Source: Candidatus Saccharimonadota bacterium (GTDB taxonomy: Bacteria > Patescibacteriota > Patescibacteriia > 2-12-FULL-60-25). From it: DNA of 32,000 bases. The DNA lies in the NCBI GenBank assembly GCA_022843095.1, contig JALHOH010000001.1, positions 420,001 to 452,000 of the forward strand. Direction: 5' to 3'. Under the pieces are notes generated by a model. That model searched no databases. It saw only the letters and a list, made by a program, of their open reading frames with translations, and was not told the origin of the DNA. The position numbers were made by a program, and so were the translations under genes. Shown one piece after another: positions 22,308 through 30,706 of the stretch (the stretch's first letter is position 1; each line of letters begins with the position of its first letter).

Positions 22308-23006
22308 ATGAAGCCAGTGCACACGCGCTCTACACCGGGCGATGCGTGCCGCCTGGTGATCCACGAGCCATCTCTGAATGCGCGCCGATCTGGTGCCCAG
22401 CGTCGGGAACCGGGATATGAAATTCTCTGTGGAGAAGGGCATCAGCATCTGCTCGACATCCGTCCGGCAATCCAGACGGATGAGCGTGAAGCGGTGTTCC
22501 GACTTCGACATGACGCCTACTGCGGTCCTGGGAAAGACCTTCCGGCGCAACCGGATGGTTTGGAACAGGATGTCTATGACGAAGGGGCGATACTTGAGGC
22601 GGCGCGCATGGAGGGTGTGCTTGTAGGGACGATCCGTGTGATCTTTCCTCGAGAAGGAAAACTGCTCATCGAAGAATTGGGGCAGCCCTTGCCTCCACAT
22701 CTCTCGATGGACTGTACATCCGAAATTTCCCGCATCGTGGTGGATCGGTTGCGATTGCCGATGTGCGTCTATACGCCGCTCATCAGCGTCGCTCTGTACC
22801 ACCGGGCGCGGTTCGATAGTCTGCAAGTCGGTCAGGAGAACTGGGTGTTCGATGCGAATCCAAAGAGTCTTCGAACGATTCGTCGGATGCGCTGGAACAT
22901 CGCAAGTCTTGGTCCGGCACTCGAGCATCATGGGCAGCGGTTCGAACCGTTTTCCGTGTCGCTCGCCGCAGAAAACTTCACTTGGGAGCTCGCTCCCGAC
23001 GACTGA
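22308..23006 (+). CDS. GNAT-fold N-acyltransferase of the LuxI/FeeM/OlsB-like (N-acyl amino acid / autoinducer synthase-like) superfamily
   Basis: The pattern IRPAIQTDEREAVFRLRHDAY...GLEQDVYDEGAILEAA...VLVGTIRVIF...SEISRIVV matches the A-x-T..E..A..LR..VY ... E-x-D-x-(Y/F)-D ... VGT-x-R signature of this superfamily (from memory). GAGGAG lies 5 nt before the ATG. Confidence 0.55.
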   Translation: MKPVHTRSTPGDACRLVIHEPSLNARRSGAQRREPGYEILCGEGHQHLLDIRPAIQTDEREAVFRLRHDAYCGPGKDLPAQPDGLEQDVYDEGAILEAARMEGVLVGTIRVIFPREGKLLIEELGQPLPPHLSMDCTSEISRIVVDRLRLPMCVYTPLISVALYHRARFDSLQVGQENWVFDANPKSLRTIRRMRWNIASLGPALEHHGQRFEPFSVSLAAENFTWELAPDD

Positions 23007-23011
23007 CGTCA

Positions 23012-23050
23012 ACGTCGCGTTCCTGCTTACGCACACGCGACGTCTTTTTT
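23012..23050 (+). terminator. Rho-independent terminator after the acyltransferase gene
   Basis: ACGTCGCG, 16-nt loop, CGCGACGT, then CTTTTTT. Confidence 0.6.
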
Positions 23051-23051
23051 A

Positions 23052-23060
23052 TGGTATGCT
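23052..23060 (+). promoter_or_regulatory. Extended -10 promoter (TGGTATGCT) for the histidine kinase gene
   Basis: TGG TATGCT follows the terminator directly and lies 27 nt before ATG 23088. Confidence 0.4.
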
Positions 23061-23087
23061 TCGTTCAAACGACGCATTGTCGTCTGT

Positions 23088-25226
23088 ATGCAGCTCATTG
23101 GATTCATTCAATTCATCACGCTCGTTGTTAACCTGTTGCTGGGATTGCTTGTTTTACGGAAGAACACACAAACGCGCTCTAATCAGGCGTTCGCGCTTTT
23201 CGCTCTCGGAACCTCCGGATGGATTCTTTCTCTGTATCTGGTGATTTACGTTGGGTTGGATGCGCTTTTTTGGGGCCGTCTCGCCTTTACGTTTGGTTCG
23301 ATCATGGTAGCAGGATTGTTGTGGTTCACGGCTGAATATCCTGTCCGATTGCCGAATGCGCGAAGATATCATGTTGCAGCGTGGGTGTTGGGAACGGTTT
23401 TTTCGTTCTTAACGATCTCGCCGTTCATGATCAAATCCGCGGAGGTGCGAGAGGGGAGCTATATTTTTGGGACGTTTAATCCCCCGGTTTATCTTGCGTG
23501 GATTGTCTACTTTTTGGGAACCATTTTGTTTTCCTTGGTGCACGCGTGGCGCCGAGTGCGCAAAACATCGGGCGTTGCACGACGACAGTATTGGTCGATG
23601 GCATTTGGATCCACCGTGTTCTTGGTGAGCATGGTGGTCACGCAGTTGATGCTTCCGGCCGTTTTTAACGATTTTCGATGGAATGGTATTGGTCCCGCGT
23701 TCTCGATGGTCTTCCTTGGATTCGTGGCTCAATCTATTTTGTATTATCGGTTCTTCGACATACGTTGGCTGTTAAAATGGGGCGTCTTGTTTCCCATTCT
23801 GGTCACCTCTGTTGCCGGGATGTTCCTGTACATTACGCTCCTAACCAGTCGGTTGTTGTGGGGGGATAGCGCGTATCTTGTGACGGCGTTTTTGGTCGCC
23901 ATCATCTTCCGTCCTTTTTATCAAGCAGTGGACCGCCTTTCGACCATGGTGGCACGACGCGGAACGTATGTGTTTCAGGATGCATCCTACGCGATTACAA
24001 AAATTGCAGAACGCCACCTGGATTTGGATCGGTTGCTGGTTGAATTAACAGAAGAAATCCAACGGGATTTTCAATTCCGAAAACTGGGTATTTTGGTATT
24101 AGATCCCGGGAAAGGGCAGATCGTTGGAAAACGTCTTCAGGGGTATAACGGTTCTCTTACGCTTCAGGCGGAGCAATTCATGAAAGAGCTTGCACCGTTT
24201 GGAGATACGATTTTGGAACGTGAAGAGCTTGAGTGGAAGTTGCAATACAACGTGGATCCCGAAGAGGCGCCGCATCAGCGCGCGTTGACGGAACGCATGC
24301 GAAAGACGGATGTGGTGTATTGCATCCCGTTTATTACAGAGCGTTCCATTGTCGGGATTCTGGTGGCGTCAGAAAAGGCGTCCGGGGAAGCGCTTTCGGA
24401 CACGGATATCCAGTTGTTTAAGGTGATTCGCAACGTCATGTCGCCGGCGCTTTCGAATGCGGCCCGGTTTCGGTTGATGCAAAAACTGTATGAAGACTTG
24501 AAAGAATCTGATCGGGCAAAAAGTGAGTTCATTCGGGTGGTATCTCACCAATTTCGTACTCCGCTTACGGCGATTCGATGGAATGCGGAGTTATTGTTGA
24601 GTGATGGGATCAAGAAAACAGATTTGGAAAGTACCGCGGCCCAAGTACTCGACCGCTCCATGTTCCTCGCGGATACCCTTGATCGCATCTTTGATATTTT
24701 GGATCTGGAACGCGGAAAGGTGAGTTATGCGGCGGAACCATGCGATGCAGGAGCGTTGGTGAACGCGTCGATCAAGGAATTGACGCGCGTCAGCAAGGAG
24801 CATGGGGTTGATTTGCAGGGCGAGGCGATCGAAGGCGCTGTGATGGCGGATCCAAAAAAAGTCCAAGCAATTTTGCGCACGCTCCTGACAAACGCCATTG
24901 GGTTTACGCCGTCCGGGGGGTCGATCCGCGTTCAAGGAGAGGCGAAAAACGGCGTGATGCAACTCTCTGTGACGGATACCGGGATTGGGATTTCGCCGGA
25001 AGAGATGCCAAAGGTCTTCCAAAAGTTTTTCCGCGGAGTCGAGGCATCCAAGATGGTGCCGGATGGCGTGGGGCTGGGGTTGTTTCTTGCGAAAACGTTT
25101 GCAGAAGGGATGGGTGGAAAGCTCAGTATTTCTTCCGAGCAAGGAAAGGGAACGGAAGCGGTACTTACACTTCCTATGGCAGAAAAGAAGTCCTCGCATC
25201 GGAAACAAAAAACCCCTTCGCATTGA
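23088..25226 (+). CDS. Sensor histidine kinase: N-terminal ~7-TM sensor domain, GAF-like domain, HisKA, HATPase_c
   Basis: Seven hydrophobic segments lie in the first ~290 aa. The H-box is SEFIRVVSHQFRTPLTAI, the N-box LLTNAIGFTPSGG, the G1 box VTDTGIGI, and the G2 box GVGLGLFLAK. No response regulator is adjacent. Confidence 0.9.
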   Translation: MQLIGFIQFITLVVNLLLGLLVLRKNTQTRSNQAFALFALGTSGWILSLYLVIYVGLDALFWGRLAFTFGSIMVAGLLWFTAEYPVRLPNARRYHVAAWVLGTVFSFLTISPFMIKSAEVREGSYIFGTFNPPVYLAWIVYFLGTILFSLVHAWRRVRKTSGVARRQYWSMAFGSTVFLVSMVVTQLMLPAVFNDFRWNGIGPAFSMVFLGFVAQSILYYRFFDIRWLLKWGVLFPILVTSVAGMFLYITLLTSRLLWGDSAYLVTAFLVAIIFRPFYQAVDRLSTMVARRGTYVFQDASYAITKIAERHLDLDRLLVELTEEIQRDFQFRKLGILVLDPGKGQIVGKRLQGYNGSLTLQAEQFMKELAPFGDTILEREELEWKLQYNVDPEEAPHQRALTERMRKTDVVYCIPFITERSIVGILVASEKASGEALSDTDIQLFKVIRNVMSPALSNAARFRLMQKLYEDLKESDRAKSEFIRVVSHQFRTPLTAIRWNAELLLSDGIKKTDLESTAAQVLDRSMFLADTLDRIFDILDLERGKVSYAAEPCDAGALVNASIKELTRVSKEHGVDLQGEAIEGAVMADPKKVQAILRTLLTNAIGFTPSGGSIRVQGEAKNGVMQLSVTDTGIGISPEEMPKVFQKFFRGVEASKMVPDGVGLGLFLAKTFAEGMGGKLSISSEQGKGTEAVLTLPMAEKKSSHRKQKTPSH

Positions 25227-25239
25227 GCGAAGGGGTTTT
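25205..25239. terminator. Bidirectional terminator between the kinase gene and rpmB (the loop contains the kinase stop codon)
   Basis: AAAAAACCCCTTCGC-ATTGA-GCGAAGGGGTTTT. Confidence 0.8.
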
Positions 25240-25244
25240 GCGGC

Positions 25245-25448
25245 TTAGGCGTGCGAGTGATCGCCGTGCACCTTTTTTGCAAGCTTTTTGAGCGTGCGGA
25301 GGGTGCGTGCGGCAATACGGACGCGGCGGCCATTCAGCTTCACCTTTACGAGGTTTACCTGCTGGCGGCGCTTGGTCGCGATGTTGGAGTGGCTGCGGGA
25401 GTGGGCGTTATTGGCCACTTTACCGGTCAGAACGTCAATGCGGGACAT
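25245..25448 (-). CDS. rpmB: 50S ribosomal protein L28
   Basis: MSRIDVLTGKVANNAHSRSHSNIATKRRQQVNLVKVKL. ATG 25448. Confidence 0.88.
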   Translation of the reverse strand: MSRIDVLTGKVANNAHSRSHSNIATKRRQQVNLVKVKLNGRRVRIAARTLRTLKKLAKKVHGDHSHA

Positions 25449-25474
25449 AAGGCGGAGGTGATAAGAATGGGCGA

Positions 25475-25503
25475 AGCATAGCGGATGCCGGTGAGATTGG
25501 CAA
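25475..25503 (-). promoter_or_regulatory. sigma70-type promoter of rpmB
   Basis: On the reverse strand: TTGCCA, 17-nt spacer, TATGCT. Confidence 0.6.
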
Positions 25504-25527
25504 GGCCGGGATGGAGTTTGGTATGCT
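25497..25527 (+). promoter_or_regulatory. Promoter of the M50 protease gene (extended -10 TGGTATGCT); predicts a leaderless mRNA
   Basis: TTGGCA, 19-nt spacer, TATGCT preceded by TGG. Only 6 nt separate the -10 from ATG 25534. Confidence 0.5.
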
Positions 25528-25533
25528 CGGCAT

Positions 25534-26181
25534 ATGAACATCCTTTCATTGCTCTGGAACGATCCGTGGGCATTTCTGGTTTTTGTCGTGGCATTTTTGC
25601 TTGTTTTGTCCGTTCATGAGGCGTCGCACGCGTTTGCCGCAACCCTCCTGGGAGACCAGACGGCAAAGCGGATGGATCGGCTGACGCTGAACCCCTTTGC
25701 GCACGTTGATCTATCTGGATTTATCATGCTGTTAGTGGCGGGGTTTGGATGGGGAAAGCCGGTGCCATTTAATCCGTATAACTTAAAGTATCGCGTGTGG
25801 GGGCCGGCGTTGGTTGCTGCGGCGGGGCCGGCGTCGAATCTTGTGTTTGGCATCATGACCGCTGTGCTGTTCCGGCTCTCGGCGGAAGCGCTCGGTCCGT
25901 ATAATTTGCTCGTACAATGTTTTGCCACGATGGCATTCCTCAATTTCGGTCTCATGCTTTTTAATTTGATCCCCATCCCTCCCTTGGACGGGTCCAAGGC
26001 GCTCCTCGCGGCGCTTGCGGATGATCGGCATCGAAATGCACGCCTATTTCTGGAAACACAGGGCCCGTTGCTATTAATTGGTCTGGTGTTGGTGGATACG
26101 TTTTTGCCCATTCGCGTCTTTGGATTTCTAGGAAGGGCGGCGGATTGGTTGTTTCAGACATTTTCTGGAGTTGGCCTATGA
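25534..26181 (+). CDS. M50-family (site-2 protease-like) membrane zinc metalloprotease
   Basis: HEASHAF is the HExxH motif, lying in a TM helix. NLIPIPPLDGSKAL is the NxxPxxxLDG motif. Multiple TM segments. Confidence 0.85.
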   Translation: MNILSLLWNDPWAFLVFVVAFLLVLSVHEASHAFAATLLGDQTAKRMDRLTLNPFAHVDLSGFIMLLVAGFGWGKPVPFNPYNLKYRVWGPALVAAAGPASNLVFGIMTAVLFRLSAEALGPYNLLVQCFATMAFLNFGLMLFNLIPIPPLDGSKALLAALADDRHRNARLFLETQGPLLLIGLVLVDTFLPIRVFGFLGRAADWLFQTFSGVGL

Positions 26182-27557
26182 TTTTACGTGAGCGGACGAC
26201 ACAGGGACGTACGGGAGGGGATTGGCGGATTTGGGGGAGTTTTGCGGCCTGGATGATCCTTGCGGAATGCGTTCGCGCGTTTGCCGTACAGGCACCCATT
26301 CGATTCAGCATGCTGGGAGTGGGGTGGGCGCTGGTCGGGATCGGACTTGCATCCGTGGGATGGCTCGCAACACGCGTTTCTGGAAACACCGAGCATGCAT
26401 GGATGTCGTGGATGGAACGGGTGGCCAGGTTTGGTTGGACGGTACCGCTTGGATTGTTGGTTGGGGCATGGATCGGTCTGCCGGCAGAACAGCTCTGGCT
26501 AACGCCGGGTCGGTGGTGGCTTGCTGTGACAACGGCGGGACTCCTGCCACTTTCCGGAACTTCGCTTGGGATCGGAGGGTGGGTGGTGGCCGCAGGATGG
26601 GACGCCTGGAAACAGGGGGTGTTTGCTCGGGTCGGTCGCGGAGCAGTTGTGGCGGCGCTTGTGCTCGCCGCGAGCTCGCTGTTTCCTTCGATTATCGGAT
26701 GGTTCGGCGCGTGGCGAACCGGGATTCCCATTCCCGATGAAGCCGTGACGTTGTCCCGAGGGGTTTCGCGGTTGATTTTGGATTCGGTCTGGTGGCGTGA
26801 AGCGCCGGAGCGTTTTTTAACCGTTCCTGGGATGGAGGTCGAAGAAAGTGTCTTGCGGTTTTTGATGGGTATCGCGATCGTGATCGTCGGTGTAATCGCC
26901 TATGGTGCCACCCGTCGCACGGGAAGGCGCATGACGTGGGCGGAATGTGGATGGTTTGTGCTGGTCGGGTGTTTAGGGATTGCGCCTGCCGCGTCCACGT
27001 TGCTGCAGTGGAAGCCTGTGGATGAAGTGGCGTATACCGTCCTTTTGCTTGCGCAGTACGCACTCTGGAAACGAGAGGATGCCGAAAAAGAGGCGCGTCT
27101 CCTGTGGACAATCCTGGCGATGGGGTCTGCCTGGGTCGTTGGTTTTCCCGTTTTTTTGTGGATTTTGGTGGCGACCCTTGCCACACATCGCGGCGTGCGA
27201 CTGACCGCGTTGCTTGCGGCATGGTGGTCGGTTGCAGTGGCGGCCGGGCGTTTTGGGGGGATTCCGCTTACGTTCTTTCTTTCCGTTGGGGTGGCCGTTG
27301 AATTGGGGACGCGTGTGTTTTTGCGCATTCCGGTCAAATTACAGCCGTTTTCAGGGTATTTCCCCGCGCTTGCCATGTTGCTCCCTCCCTTTGTGTTGGG
27401 ATCTATTCGGACGCTACTTACAACGGCGCCGTTTGCCGTCGCGTACGCCTTTTTTCAACAACAAGGGGCGTTGACCGAACGGCTGGCAACGCGTCTCACG
27501 CTTGGGTATGCCCTCATCCTGACGATTCTGGTGGCTGGAACGGCGTTTGTCTCTTGA
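26178..27557 (+). CDS. Polytopic membrane protein (459 aa, Trp/Gly/Ala-rich, 12 or more hydrophobic segments), unknown function
   Basis: ATG 26178 overlaps the M50 TGA (ATGA). The hydrophobicity pattern is continuous. No motif recognised. Confidence 0.65.
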   Translation: MILRERTTQGRTGGDWRIWGSFAAWMILAECVRAFAVQAPIRFSMLGVGWALVGIGLASVGWLATRVSGNTEHAWMSWMERVARFGWTVPLGLLVGAWIGLPAEQLWLTPGRWWLAVTTAGLLPLSGTSLGIGGWVVAAGWDAWKQGVFARVGRGAVVAALVLAASSLFPSIIGWFGAWRTGIPIPDEAVTLSRGVSRLILDSVWWREAPERFLTVPGMEVEESVLRFLMGIAIVIVGVIAYGATRRTGRRMTWAECGWFVLVGCLGIAPAASTLLQWKPVDEVAYTVLLLAQYALWKREDAEKEARLLWTILAMGSAWVVGFPVFLWILVATLATHRGVRLTALLAAWWSVAVAAGRFGGIPLTFFLSVGVAVELGTRVFLRIPVKLQPFSGYFPALAMLLPPFVLGSIRTLLTTAPFAVAYAFFQQQGALTERLATRLTLGYALILTILVAGTAFVS

Positions 27558-27583
27558 CGAGCCAATAAAACCGCTGGTAGAGT
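27554..27583 (+). promoter_or_regulatory. sigma70-type promoter of rpsL; predicts a leaderless mRNA
   Basis: TTGACG (overlapping the upstream stop codon), 18-nt spacer, TAGAGT; 7 nt to ATG 27591; no SD. Confidence 0.55.
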
Positions 27584-27590
27584 TGCGCCC

Positions 27591-28019
27591 ATGCCAACGA
27601 TCAATCAATTGGTCCGTCGCAATCGCAAGACGGCCAAGCGCAAGTCCAAGAGCCCGGCGCTCCAGTTCGCCATGGACACGCTCCATCGCAAGCGCACCGA
27701 CCTCCGCCGTGGGGCCGGCTTTAAGCGCGGCGTGTGCACCAAGGTAACGACGATGACGCCGAAAAAGCCGAACTCGGCTATCCGTAAAATCGCCCGTGTC
27801 CGCCTCTCGAACGGCCAAGAAGTGACGGCCTACATTCCGGGAGAAGGGCACAACCTGCAGGAGCACTCGATCGTCCTTATTCGCGGAGGCCGTGTGAAGG
27901 ACCTTCCGGGTGTCCGCTATCACATTGTTCGCGGGGTGTACGACACGCAAGGTGTCGCAAACCGCCGCCGGTCGCGCTCGGTCTACGGCGCGCGCCGTCC
28001 GAAGGAAGACAAGAAGTAA
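27591..28019 (+). CDS. rpsL: 30S ribosomal protein S12
   Basis: MPTINQLVR...[64 protein letters not shown]. Confidence 0.96.
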   Translation: MPTINQLVRRNRKTAKRKSKSPALQFAMDTLHRKRTDLRRGAGFKRGVCTKVTTMTPKKPNSAIRKIARVRLSNGQEVTAYIPGEGHNLQEHSIVLIRGGRVKDLPGVRYHIVRGVYDTQGVANRRRSRSVYGARRPKEDKK

Positions 28020-28029
28020 TTGATGAACT

Positions 28030-28497
28030 ATGCGCGGTAAACAAGCCCCTCGCCGCAAGACGGCGAATGATCCGAAGTTCAACAACCCGGTGATCGGGAA
28101 GCTTATCAATTACGTGATGTACGGCGGCAAAAAGATCGCCGCTCAGAAGGTGGTCTACGGCGCCTTTGACATCATGGAAGCAAAAACCAAAAAGCCGGCC
28201 ATGGAAATCTTTGACGAAGCGATGAAGAACGTGACGCCTTCCGTCGAAGTGAAATCCAAGCGCGTTGGTGGGGCGAACTACCAGGTTCCGCTCCAGGTGC
28301 GCGCCGAACGCCGCAATCAGCTCGCGTTCCGCTGGATCCTCGCCGCCGCGCGTTCCCGCAAGGGCAAGCCGATGGCAGAAAAGCTCGCGCAGGAATTCAT
28401 TGATGCGAGCCAAAACCTCGGCGACGCGGTGAAGAAGAAGATGGACGTCCACCGCATGGCCGAGGCGAACCGCGCCTTCGCCCACTTTGCGAAATAA
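28030..28497 (+). CDS. rpsG: 30S ribosomal protein S7
   Basis: DPKFNN..IGKLINYVMYGGKK..AQKVVYGAF...VEVKSKRVGGANYQVP. Confidence 0.95.
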   Translation: MRGKQAPRRKTANDPKFNNPVIGKLINYVMYGGKKIAAQKVVYGAFDIMEAKTKKPAMEIFDEAMKNVTPSVEVKSKRVGGANYQVPLQVRAERRNQLAFRWILAAARSRKGKPMAEKLAQEFIDASQNLGDAVKKKMDVHRMAEANRAFAHFAK

Positions 28498-28508
28498 CAA
28501 GCGAAAGG

Positions 28509-28541
28509 GCGGGCCGGATCGTGTATCCAGCCCGCTTTTTT
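28509..28541 (+). terminator. Strong intrinsic terminator/attenuator between rpsG and fusA
   Basis: GCGGGC(C)GGAT-CGTGT-ATCC(A)GCCCGC followed by TTTTTT. Confidence 0.7.
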
Positions 28542-28563
28542 CTTCCACTCATCACTCTCTTGT

Positions 28564-30648
28564 ATGCCCCGTGAATATTCTCTGCAGGACACCCGTAACT
28601 TCGGGATCATTGCCCACATCGACGCTGGAAAGACGACCGTCTCCGAGCGCATTTTGTTTTACACCGGTCGCAAGCACAAAATTGGTGAAGTGCACGAAGG
28701 GGAAGCGACCATGGACTGGATGGAGCAGGAACGCGAACGTGGGATCACGATCACGGCAGCTGCCACGACCTGTTTTTGGAAGGGTAAGCGCATGAACTTG
28801 ATCGACACGCCAGGACACATCGACTTTACGATCGAAGTGCAGCGTTCGTTGCGCGTGTTGGACGGCGCGGTTGTCGTGTTCGACGGCGTGGCCGGTGTCG
28901 AACCGCAGACGGAAACGGTGTGGCGCCAGGCGGATAAGCACAACGTGCCGCGCATCTGTTTCGTGAACAAGCTCGATCGCACGGGGGCGGATTTTTACCA
29001 TGACATCAAGACGATCAGCGATCGTCTGACAAAGCACGCGCACCCGATCCAGTTGCCGATCGGCGCGGAATCCAACTTCTCCGGTATCATCGACCTCATC
29101 CGTATGAAGGCCGAGGTGTACTTGGATGAAATGGGGCAGAAGTTTGAAGAACAGGAGATTCCGGCAAACATGGTCGAGAAAGCCAAGGAATACCGCGGCA
29201 AATTGATCGAAGCCATCGCGGAAAATGATGAAGCGATGATGAACCGCTATTTGGGCGGTGAGGAATTTACGGTGGAAGAAATCAAGGCCGGGTTGCGCAA
29301 GGCGGTGATCGCGGGACAGTTGAACCCGATTCTTTGTGGATCTGCGTTGAAGAACAAGGGCGTGCAGTTTTTGCTCGACGCGATCGTGGATTATCTCCCG
29401 AACCCGCTTGAAATCCCGGCGACGAAGGCGCATGACGTGGATGATGCGGAAAAGGTGATGGAAGTTCATCCGAGCGATGCGGAACCGTTCGCGGCGCTGG
29501 CCTTTAAGGTCATGTCCGATCCGTTCGTTGGAAAGCTCGTGTTCTTCCGCGTGTATTCTGGGCACTTGGCCGCAGGATCGTATGTGGAAAACACGTCCAC
29601 GGGCGAAAAGGAACGTATCAGCCGTATCGTCCGCATGCACGCGAACGAACGTGAAGAAGTGTCCGAGGTGTTTGCGGGGGATATCGCCGCCGCCGTCGGC
29701 TTGAAGAGCACGTTTACGGGTCACACGTTGGTCGACGAAAAGCGTCCGTTGATCTTGGAATCGATCGTGATTCCGGAACCGGTGATCTCCGTCGCCATCG
29801 AACCAAAAACGAAGGCCGACCAGGAAAAGATGGGTGTCGCGTTGCAGAAGCTCGCCGAAGAAGACCCGTCGTTCCGCGTGCGCACCGACGAAGAAACCCT
29901 CCAGACGATCATCGCCGGGATGGGAGAACTTCACCTCGAAATCATCGTGGATCGCATGAAGCGCGAGTTCAAAGTAGAGGCGAACGTCGGGAAGCCGCAG
30001 GTCGCCTACCGTGAAGCCATCCGCGGTCGCGCAGAAGATGTGGAAGGGAAGTACGTCCGTCAGTCCGGTGGTCGCGGTCAGTACGGTCACGCGGTGATCA
30101 ACATCGAACCGAACGAACGTGGCAAGGGCTACGAATTCATCGACAGCGTGAAGGGTGGGACGGTTCCGCGCGAATTTATCCAGCCGATCAACAAGGGGAT
30201 CCAGGAAGCGTTGCAGCGTGGGATCTTGGCCGGGTATCAGGTGATCGACGTCAAAGTCGAGCTCATTGATGGGTCGTACCACGATGTCGACTCCTCCGAA
30301 GCTGCCTTTAAGATCGCCGGTTCGCTGGCGGTGCAGGAAGCGGCAAAGAAGGCCGGTATCTACCTGCTCGAGCCGATCATGAAGGTCGAAGTGGTGACGC
30401 CGGAACAGTTTATGGGAGACGTGATCGGGGACCTGAACGCGAAGCGCGGACAGATCCAGGACATGGGCGAACGCTCTGGCGCGCGCATCGTGAATGCGAT
30501 GGTGCCGCTCTCCGAAATGTTCGGCTACTCCACGAGCTTGCGTTCGATGACCCAGGGTCGCGCGAGCTACTCGATGGAATTCTCTCACTACGGTGAAGTG
30601 CCAAACAACGTGGCGCAGGCGATCATCGAAGGGAAGGGGAAGAAATAA
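28564..30648 (+). CDS. fusA: Elongation factor G
   Basis: [22 protein letters not shown] and NKLD form the G-domain, followed by domains II-V. 694 aa. Confidence 0.97.
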   Translation: MPREYSLQDTRNFGIIAHIDAGKTTVSERILFYTGRKHKIGEVHEGEATMDWMEQERERGITITAAATTCFWKGKRMNLIDTPGHIDFTIEVQRSLRVLDGAVVVFDGVAGVEPQTETVWRQADKHNVPRICFVNKLDRTGADFYHDIKTISDRLTKHAHPIQLPIGAESNFSGIIDLIRMKAEVYLDEMGQKFEEQEIPANMVEKAKEYRGKLIEAIAENDEAMMNRYLGGEEFTVEEIKAGLRKAVIAGQLNPILCGSALKNKGVQFLLDAIVDYLPNPLEIPATKAHDVDDAEKVMEVHPSDAEPFAALAFKVMSDPFVGKLVFFRVYSGHLAAGSYVENTSTGEKERISRIVRMHANEREEVSEVFAGDIAAAVGLKSTFTGHTLVDEKRPLILESIVIPEPVISVAIEPKTKADQEKMGVALQKLAEEDPSFRVRTDEETLQTIIAGMGELHLEIIVDRMKREFKVEANVGKPQVAYREAIRGRAEDVEGKYVRQSGGRGQYGHAVINIEPNERGKGYEFIDSVKGGTVPREFIQPINKGIQEALQRGILAGYQVIDVKVELIDGSYHDVDSSEAAFKIAGSLAVQEAAKKAGIYLLEPIMKVEVVTPEQFMGDVIGDLNAKRGQIQDMGERSGARIVNAMVPLSEMFGYSTSLRSMTQGRASYSMEFSHYGEVPNNVAQAIIEGKGKK

Positions 30649-30660
30649 CCTCCGTTCAAA

Positions 30661-30696
30661 AACAAACACCGTCCGAACTGGACGGTGTTTGTGTTT
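30661..30696. terminator. Bidirectional terminator between fusA and the convergent gene
   Basis: AAACACCGTCC-GAACT-GGACGGTGTTT, with A/T-rich flanks on both sides. Confidence 0.75.
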
Positions 30697-30706
30697 ACGA
30701 AGGTGC

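Noticed and set aside
21465-23036. A 523-aa minus-strand ORF spanning the methyltransferase and acyltransferase genes.
   Set aside because: It is antisense to two plus-strand genes with clear family motifs and SDs. Its translation is Arg/His/Pro-rich with no motif. Long shadow ORFs like this are typical of G+C-rich DNA.
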